Below, one piece after another: positions 1 through 4,910 of a stretch of 5,247 nucleotides of DNA. The notes beneath the pieces are model-generated. The model made no database searches. It saw nothing but the letters and a program-made list of their open reading frames with translations, and was not told where the DNA came from. Source of the DNA: Xenococcaceae cyanobacterium MO_167.B52 (GTDB taxonomy: Bacteria > Cyanobacteriota > Cyanobacteriia > Cyanobacteriales > Xenococcaceae); the NCBI GenBank assembly GCA_030065315.1, contig JASJDB010000440.1, positions 1-5,247 on the forward strand, in the 5' to 3' direction. How positions within the stretch are numbered: position 1 is the first letter of the stretch; every line of letters starts with the position of its first letter. The position numbers and the translations under genes were made by a program.

Positions 1-1347
1 AGGCTGACTAACGATCCTTTTTCTCCTCCAGAACTAGAAGTAAGAGCGAAAACAGCAGAATTTGAGTACATATCACCTTTAGTCAGTAAATTAACCACCA
101 CCAAATCTCGTCTAGTTTTTGAGGATCGCTTATCTCTACCATTAATCAGAAACTCTTTAGTATTTGATGGTCGTCCCCGTCGCCCAGGAATATTTAACAT
201 TGGTTTTGATGGAGAGGACAGGGGTGGTTTATATCTAGAAAGAACTTGGGGTCTAATTGGGCGAGAAAACATTACTTGGACGATTACTCCTCAATACTTT
301 CTTCAAAGAGCCATAAGTCCTACTACCTTTGATTTTAGTGCAGAAGATGAGGGAGGAATATTTGACTCTTCTGTCTTTGGTTTAAAAAGTGATTTTAATA
401 CTATATTTTCATCACGAACAGATTTAAGAGCTAAAATTAGCATTACTAGCTTTGATGTTAATGAATTAGAAGATAATATCCGCGCCAAACTAACAGCTAC
501 TCAGTTAATTGGTAACATCAATAGTCCTCATCAAGCTAGTTTAGAATACAATTTCCGCGAACGCTTATTTAATGGTTCTTTAGGATTTCAGACCCTATAT
601 AGTAGTATTGGCACTGTGATCACTTCTCCTGATATTAGATTAGGAAAAACAGGAATCGGTCTCAAATATCAAGGCTCAATTCAAAACATTAATTCGGAAA
701 CAGATGATCCCGAATTATTAAGCAGCGATCGCAACAATGACCGCATCAATTTAACTCGTTTTCAAGCAGCAATGTTTTTAGGTAAAAGCTTTCCGATCTG
801 GCAAGGTAAACCTCTTCCTCCGACCCAAGATCAAGGCTTACGCTATACTCCTAGACCTGTAGTGCCTTACCTCCAATTCAATACTGGTGTTTCGGGGGTT
901 ACTAGTTTTTATAGTAATGGAGATACGCAAAATTCCTTACGTGGAACTGTAGGAATTCAAGCACAATTGGGTCATTTTGGTCGTTCTTTTTTCGATTACA
1001 CAGGATTTAATGCGACTTATTCCATAGGAACAAATTTCGATGAATCTCCCTTTCTCTTTGATCGAGATGTTGATCGACAAACTCTAGCTTTAGGAATTAC
1101 CCAACAATTATATGGTCCAATTAGATTAGGGGCGCAAACTTCTTTCAATCTTGACGATGGAGATGATATTAGCACTGATTATGTGTTGCAGTATAGTCGC
1201 CGTACCTATAATGTTTCTTTACGCTATAATCCTGTCCTAAAAATTGGCTCTTTTAGTTTTCAGGTTAATGATTTTAATTGGCGTGGAGATCCTCAACCTT
1301 TTGAAAGTAATGATATTAGACCAGTTATTCAAGGAGTAGGTCGTTAA
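1..1347 (+). CDS. C-terminal ~448 codons of a large outer-membrane beta-barrel-like protein; best guess is the cyanobacterial LptD-like / DUF3769 family; 5' end lies outside the window
   Basis: Hand translation of frame 1 from nt 1 gives RLTNDPFSPPELEVRAKTAEFEYISPLVSKLTTTKSRLVFEDRLSLPLIRNSLVFDGRPRRPGIFNIGFDGEDRGGLYLERTWGLIGRENITWTITPQYFLQRAIS... with no stop until TAA 1345-1347. GTG 616 in the ORF track is therefore only the first start-like codon of an ORF that enters from the left edge. The composition is Gly/Asn/Ser/Thr/aromatic-rich, with short alternating hydrophobic-polar strands (YNVSLRYNP, IGSFSFQVNDFNW, LALGITQQLYGPIRLGAQTSFNL), as is typical of beta-barrel OMPs. The family name is recalled from cyanobacterial DUF3769/LptD-like proteins and is not search-verified. 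Confidence 0.7.
   Translation, partial: RLTNDPFSPPELEVRAKTAEFEYISPLVSKLTTTKSRLVFEDRLSLPLIRNSLVFDGRPRRPGIFNIGFDGEDRGGLYLERTWGLIGRENITWTITPQYFLQRAISPTTFDFSAEDEGGIFDSSVFGLKSDFNTIFSSRTDLRAKISITSFDVNELEDNIRAKLTATQLIGNINSPHQASLEYNFRERLFNGSLGFQTLYSSIGTVITSPDIRLGKTGIGLKYQGSIQNINSETDDPELLSSDRNNDRINLTRFQAAMFLGKSFPIWQGKPLPPTQDQGLRYTPRPVVPYLQFNTGVSGVTSFYSNGDTQNSLRGTVGIQAQLGHFGRSFFDYTGFNATYSIGTNFDESPFLFDRDVDRQTLALGITQQLYGPIRLGAQTSFNLDDGDDISTDYVLQYSRRTYNVSLRYNPVLKIGSFSFQVNDFNWRGDPQPFESNDIRPVIQGVGR
725..732. repeat. HIP1 octamer (GCGATCGC), the highly iterated palindrome of cyanobacteria; single perfect copy
   Basis: Exact GCGATCGC read at 725-732 inside the first CDS (codons ..AGC GAT CGC..). A GC-only palindromic 8-mer is unexpected by chance in about 5 kb of AT-rich DNA. 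It is used here only as a taxonomic hint. Confidence 0.6.
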
Positions 1348-1369
1348 ACCTCATTCAAGTTTTATAAAT
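1341..1369 (+). promoter_or_regulatory. Possible sigma70-type promoter for the NLR-like locus (-35 TCGTTA 1341-1346, 17-nt spacer, -10 TATAAA 1364-1369)
   Basis: This is the only -10-like hexamer with a correctly spaced partial -35 (3/6 match) that I could find in the 146-nt gap 1348-1493. AT-rich spacers produce many such matches, so specificity is low. Confidence 0.2.
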
Positions 1370-1493
1370 ATTCTGCACAAGGACGACACAGAGAAACAAA
1401 AGAAATAATACTTGTTTGATGGAAATTTTAAAAGCAATTACGCTATTATTTTGGGTGATTCTCCAAAATACAAGTTGAATTATTTGAGCTTAA

Positions 1494-1901
1494 ATGAGTA
1501 TAGAATTATTAGCTGCGGGAAAGCTTTTAGACATGGCTTTAGGTGGCATTGTCGGCAATGCTGCTACTGAAACTGCAAAACTATTGTGGCGAACAATCAA
1601 AAATCGCTTGTTGCAAAATCAGCCTGTGATTGAAGCAGAGATAGTTGAACTGGAACAAAATCCCACTCAGGAAAAGTTAAAGCCGTTAGAGCCTTTTCTT
1701 CAAGTGGAAATGCACAAAGATAAGCTTTTTGCCCAAGAGATTAGTAACTTAGCTAAAGAAATAGCTAAGGCTAATAGTGGAGATACTATTACTACAGGAG
1801 AAATTAAAGCCGAAGGTAATGCTGTTGCTGCTGCCAAGATAGATGCACCTAATTCCAGAATTGGCGGTTCGGATACTAATATTAATCTCCCAAAGAATTA
1901 A
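1494..1901 (+). CDS. 135-codon ORF encoding an unassigned alpha-helical module with a G/N-rich C-terminal tail; probably the N-terminal (effector-like) domain of the downstream STAND NTPase, not an independent gene
   Basis: ATG 1494 directly follows an in-frame TAA (1491-1493). The ORF stays open for 135 codons in AT-rich DNA and ends ..CTC CCA AAG AAT TAA (1899-1901). Its last 16 nt overlap the open upstream part of the NB-ARC frame. It begins MSIELLAAGKLLDMALGGIVGNAATETAKLLW (small-residue/Gly-rich amphipathic helix), continues with a charged helical segment, and ends NSGDTITTGEIKAEGNAVAAAKIDAPNSRIGGSDTNINLPKN. Confidence 0.6.
   Translation: MSIELLAAGKLLDMALGGIVGNAATETAKLLWRTIKNRLLQNQPVIEAEIVELEQNPTQEKLKPLEPFLQVEMHKDKLFAQEISNLAKEIAKANSGDTITTGEIKAEGNAVAAAKIDAPNSRIGGSDTNINLPKN
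1889..1895 (+). promoter_or_regulatory. C_CCA_AAG heptamer, a candidate -1 ribosomal frameshift site (or the site of a 1-nt homopolymer indel) joining the 135-codon ORF to the NB-ARC frame
   Basis: In the 0 frame the codons are CTC CCA AAG, so the heptamer fits X_XXY_YYZ in the correct phase (CCA->CCC, AAG->AAA). It lies inside the only 13-nt interval (1886-1898) where both frames are open. The 0-frame stop is two codons downstream. No clear stimulatory SD-like element or strong hairpin was found. Confidence 0.35.
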
Positions 1902-4663
1902 GCCCAGATGAAATAGTAGAAACTACTCTCAAACTAGAACGAGCTACATCTCAAGTTAATGCTTCTACTAATCTCAACACTATTCCACCAAATCTCGATA
2001 ACTGGGTAGAGAGAAAAGAAGAAATAGAGATTATCAAAGCCTGGCTGAATAATCCGCAAGTTAGTACTGTGGGGATTGCTCAAGCTAATACTTTGGGCGT
2101 TCAAGGCTTGGGTGGTGTAGGAAAATCTACTATAGCTGCTTATTTTTATCACTCTCTTGAGTTCGCAGCTAAATTTTGGGCAGATGTCAGCCTTAAACCT
2201 GATTTTACTGTCTTTGCTCAAAAGGTAATTCTGGCTTTGGGTGGCAACGTTACTCTACCTATTGATATTACGGATTTAATTAATAACTTACTTTATCTGC
2301 TTAGTCAGCGACGCTGTTTGTTGGTGGTGGATAATTTGGAAACTCTGCTGGATGGAGAGAGAAATTGGCAAAGCGAATATTATCACCAATTTTTTAGTCG
2401 TTGGCACCAGCAGGGAACAAATAGTACTATCTTGATAACTACTCAAGATAAACCTCAGTTATTCCAAGGTTTACAACATTGGTATGCTTTGGGAGGGATG
2501 AAGATTGAGGAAGGAATTACTTTATTAAACAAGGAAGGAATACAAGGAACAGAAGCAGAATTAAAAGCTTTTGTAGAATATATAGATGGGCATCCTTTGA
2601 CTATTAAATTAGTAGCAGGCTTTTTAAGAGAGGATTGTAATAGTCAGTTAAGTAAAGCCAGAGAAGAGTTTAAATTAGAAGAGTTTGAACTGGCTTATAA
2701 AGAAGCATCAGGATTTTACCGTAATCAACCAAAAGCACAAAATGCACTTCTTTCTTGGATTATTCAACAGCATTTGGATAGGTTAAGTGATGAACAAAAA
2801 CGATTTATAACTAATTTAAGTGTGTATCGGCTGCCTTTTAATCGCGAAGCAGCTAGTTATATGTGGATTGAGAAAGAAGTAAAACCGATAGTAATTCAGA
2901 AAAAGCTTCAAGAATTATGTAATCGCTCTTTATTAATTAAAACTCAAGATAATAAGTTTCAGTTTGAATCTTTAGTACAGAAATATGTTTTACAGCAAGC
3001 AAATGATTTAACATATGCCCATCAACAAGCTATTGAATATTATCAAGCAAACTTAAAACTAGAGAACCATTGGCGAAATTTAGCTGATATTACTGAATAT
3101 CTAGAGATTGTTAATCATTACCATAAATTAAAACTATATTCTCAAGCTAATAATATTCTCAAAATATGCTTAAGATTTATGAATTTGCAAGGATACCATC
3201 TGAGTATAGTTGAAAATTATGAAAAGTTAGTTCAAGGATGGCAAACTAAATTGCAATCACAAGAGTTATCTGATTATGCATGGGCATTAAATACATTGGG
3301 AATTCATACTCACTACTTAGGAAATAGTAATCAGAGTATAAAGTCTCTCAATTTGTCTCTAGAAATTTTTATGAAAATCAAAGATGGAATTGGATTAGTC
3401 TCATCTCTAAGTGGTTTGGGAGATGTTTATGACTCTTTAGGTAATTATCATCAAGCAATCAACAGATATCAAAAAGCCTTAGACATTTCACATCAAATAA
3501 TTAATGTTTATGAAGAAGGTGAATTTTTAGAATCTGTATCACTAAATGGTTTGGGGAATGCTTACTTTTCTTTAGGAGACTATGGAAAAGCCATAAATTT
3601 GTATCAAAAAGCTTTGGATATTTCACAAAAACTAAATTATTTAAATTTACAACCTGAATTTTTAAATAGTTTGGGGAATGCTTACTATTCTATAGGAGAA
3701 TACAAAAGGTCTCTAGAATTTCATAAAAAGGCTTTAACTCTATCGGAAATAAGTGGAGATCGCAATCAAAAGAGCTTATTTTTAAATAATTTGGGAAATA
3801 CCTATAATGCTATAGGAGAATACCAAAAAGCAATTAATTATCTTCAGGAATCTTTAAGTATTGTTCGAGAAACTGGTAATCGTAATGGAGAAGCCTTATC
3901 TTTGATGAATCTCGGTAATACATACACTTCTTTGGGAGAATATCAAAGAGCAATTAGTTATTTTGAACAATCTTTGGAAATTCAACAACATATAGAGGAC
4001 AGTAACGGAGAATCTAGTTCTTTAAATAATTTGGGCAATGTATACACTTCTTTGGGAGAATATCAAAAAGCAATTAATTGTCTTCAGGAGTCTTTAAATA
4101 TTGCCCGCCAAATCGGTAATCGTAAATTAGAAAGCTTATCTTTGAACAATATGGGTAATGCTTATTACCTACTAGAAGAACATCAGCAAGCAATGAACTT
4201 TTATCAAAAGTCTTTAGATATTGCAGAGCAAATAGGTCTCCTATATGAAAAAGCTAATTCATTAGCTAATATAGGAATTATTTATATTTCTCTAAAAGAG
4301 TATACAAAGGGAATCAATTATCTTCAAGAAGCTTTAAAAATTCAACAAAAAATAGGAAATTGTATCGGTGAAGCTAAATCTTTTGCTAATATTGGTACTG
4401 CATATCACTATCTAGAAAAATATAAACTAGCAATCAAATTCTACAAAAAAGCATTGACTATTTTTCAAAAAATAGGTGATCGCAGAGGAGAAGCTAATAC
4501 TTGGTTTAATTTAGGTGATACTCAAAAATACTTGCACCAAAACTCAGAAGCAAAATTAGCTTATGAAAATTCTAGAAAACTATATCAAGCAATGGGATTA
4601 GATAAAGATGTAGAGGACTGCAATAAGGCAATTCAAGATTTAGAAAATGACAATATAGATTAG
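1895..4663 (+). CDS. NLR-like STAND NTPase with an NB-ARC (AP-ATPase) nucleotide-binding module and a C-terminal array of 11 TPR units; it lacks its own canonical start (open frame from 1886; the ORF-track GTG 2069 is not credible)
   Basis: Pre-P-loop helix NLDNWVERKEEIEIIKAWL (about 1994-2050). Walker A GLGGVGKST (2105-2131). Walker B LLVVDN (2318-2335). RNBS-B-like ILITTQD (2429-2449). GLPL-like GHPLTIKLVAGFL (2588-2626). Winged-helix-like LSVYRLPFNREAA. MHD-position FES (2963-2971). These are followed by repeated LNxLGNxYxSLGEYQKAIxxxQxSLxIxxxIGxRxGEAxS units up to about 4620. Stop TAG 4661-4663. I checked every frame-2 codon from 1886 to 2068: none is ATG, GTG or TTG. Confidence 0.9.
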   Translation, partial: ELSPDEIVETTLKLERATSQVNASTNLNTIPPNLDNWVERKEEIEIIKAWLNNPQVSTVGIAQANTLGVQGLGGVGKSTIAAYFYHSLEFAAKFWADVSLKPDFTVFAQKVILALGGNVTLPIDITDLINNLLYLLSQRRCLLVVDNLETLLDGERNWQSEYYHQFFSRWHQQGTNSTILITTQDKPQLFQGLQHWYALGGMKIEEGITLLNKEGIQGTEAELKAFVEYIDGHPLTIKLVAGFLREDCNSQLSKAREEFKLEEFELAYKEASGFYRNQPKAQNALLSWIIQQHLDRLSDEQKRFITNLSVYRLPFNREAASYMWIEKEVKPIVIQKKLQELCNRSLLIKTQDNKFQFESLVQKYVLQQANDLTYAHQQAIEYYQANLKLENHWRNLADITEYLEIVNHYHKLKLYSQANNILKICLRFMNLQGYHLSIVENYEKLVQGWQTKLQSQELSDYAWALNTLGIHTHYLGNSNQSIKSLNLSLEIFMKIKDGIGLVSSLSGLGDVYDSLGNYHQAINRYQKALDISHQIINVYEEGEFLESVSLNGLGNAYFSLGDYGKAINLYQKALDISQKLNYLNLQPEFLNSLGNAYYSIGEYKRSLEFHKKALTLSEISGDRNQKSLFLNNLGNTYNAIGEYQKAINYLQESLSIVRETGNRNGEALSLMNLGNTYTSLGEYQRAISYFEQSLEIQQHIEDSNGESSSLNNLGNVYTSLGEYQKAINCLQESLNIARQIGNRKLESLSLNNMGNAYYLLEEHQQAMNFYQKSLDIAEQIGLLYEKANSLANIGIIYISLKEYTKGINYLQEALKIQQKIGNCIGEAKSFANIGTAYHYLEKYKLAIKFYKKALTIFQKIGDRRGEANTWFNLGDTQKYLHQNSEAKLAYENSRKLYQAMGLDKDVEDCNKAIQDLENDNID
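1991..2998 (+). other. NB-ARC-type nucleotide-binding domain region (NBD, helical domain and winged helix) of the STAND protein
   Basis: The order and spacing of P-loop, Walker B, RNBS-B-like, GLPL-like and MHD-position motifs match the APAF-1 / plant R-protein / bacterial AP-ATPase layout. Domain borders are approximate and set by eye. Confidence 0.8.
3286..4620 (+). repeat. Tandem array of 11 TPR-encoding units (ten of 120 bp / 40 aa and one of 135 bp), TPR_12/kinesin-light-chain-like
   Basis: Unit starts are at about 3286, 3406, 3541, 3661, 3781, 3901, 4021, 4141, 4261, 4381 and 4501. The conserved Gly of the LG(N) motif recurs every 40 residues (aa 411, 451, 496, 536, 576, 616, 656, 696, 736, 776, 816 of the track protein). 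Units 3781-3900 and 4021-4140 share 96/120 nt by hand count. Confidence 0.9.
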
Positions 4664-4664
4664 T

Positions 4665-4910
4665 TTAATCAAATGCTGTTTTGATATTTTGCTTACTTTT
4701 ATATTGTTTAATGCCTTGTTTTAATTCGGTCATCAATTCGCGATCTGAAATTATTTCAATAGTTTCAATTAAAGATTCAAACTGTTCTAAGCTAAAAGTA
4801 ATCATGACAGGTTTACCATCTTTTGTAATAATTGCAGGTTCATCGGTTAATTGATTTGATAGTTCGGCTAACTGTTGTTGTGCTTCGGCAATAGTCAAAT
4901 ACTTAGGCAT
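4665..4910 (-). CDS. Phd/YefM-family type II antitoxin-like protein (81 aa); no cognate toxin gene in the window
   Basis: MPKYLTIAEAQQQLAELSNQLTDEPAIITKDGKPVMITFSLEQFESLIETIEIISDRELMTELKQGI shows the characteristic Phd/YefM N-terminal pattern (hydrophobic-T/S-I-x-E-A-x...L..L, then a K-x-G-K-P-V strand and the L-E-x-x-E-x-L-x-E-T-L/I-E-I-L/I-S-D-x-E-L-M segment). ATG 4910-4908, stop TAA (complement of 4665-4667). Confidence 0.8.
   Translation of the reverse strand: MPKYLTIAEAQQQLAELSNQLTDEPAIITKDGKPVMITFSLEQFESLIETIEIISDRELMTELKQGIKQYKSKQNIKTAFD

Noticed and set aside
303-488. 61-aa minus-strand ORF
   Set aside because: It lies wholly antisense inside the long plus-strand CDS, has a low-complexity S/L/K-rich translation and no recognisable motif. 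It is a typical shadow ORF.
616-1347. GTG 616 as the start of the first CDS (ORF-track boundary)
   Set aside because: Frame 1 translates without a stop from nt 1, with the same beta-barrel-like composition throughout. The ORF simply enters from the window edge, and the track reports the first start-like codon.
1348-1400. Rho-independent terminator after the first CDS
   Set aside because: I found no G+C-rich inverted repeat followed by a T-run in the first ~50 nt after TAA 1345-1347, so nothing supports a terminator call.
1915-1927. Hairpin AGTAG-AAA-CTACT as a frameshift stimulator
   Set aside because: It has only 5 bp (2 G:C) and a 3-nt loop, and it starts about 20 nt after the heptamer. 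That is too weak and too distant compared with known bacterial -1 stimulators. It is mentioned only as a caveat to the frameshift hypothesis.
1872-1996. Echo between the tail of the small ORF (DTNINLPKN) and the NB-ARC upstream segment (STNLNTIPPNL) as a paired amyloid-signalling motif in a two-gene system
   Set aside because: The match is short and low-complexity (T/N/I/L/P). The second copy sits in a frame with no start codon, and the segment around it (ELSPDEIVETTLKLERATSQ) is helical/charged rather than amyloid-like. It is more economical to treat this as chance similarity within one linker.
2069-2071. GTG 2069 as the true start of the NB-ARC/TPR protein
   Set aside because: It would leave only 12 residues before Walker A and would cut off the in-frame, clearly NB-ARC-like helix WVERKEEIEIIKAWL encoded upstream. 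The frame is open back to 1886. GTG 2069 most likely encodes an internal Val.
1934-2221. 95-aa minus-strand ORF overlapping the P-loop region
   Set aside because: It is antisense to the strongly supported NB-ARC coding frame (pre-P-loop helix and Walker A), and its translation has no recognisable features. It is a shadow ORF.
3286-4620. 120-bp periodic repeats as a CRISPR array or non-coding satellite
   Set aside because: The periodicity is in frame within a long ORF and translates to canonical 40-aa TPR units. There is no repeat/spacer alternation, and the repeats are 66-80% identical, not exact.
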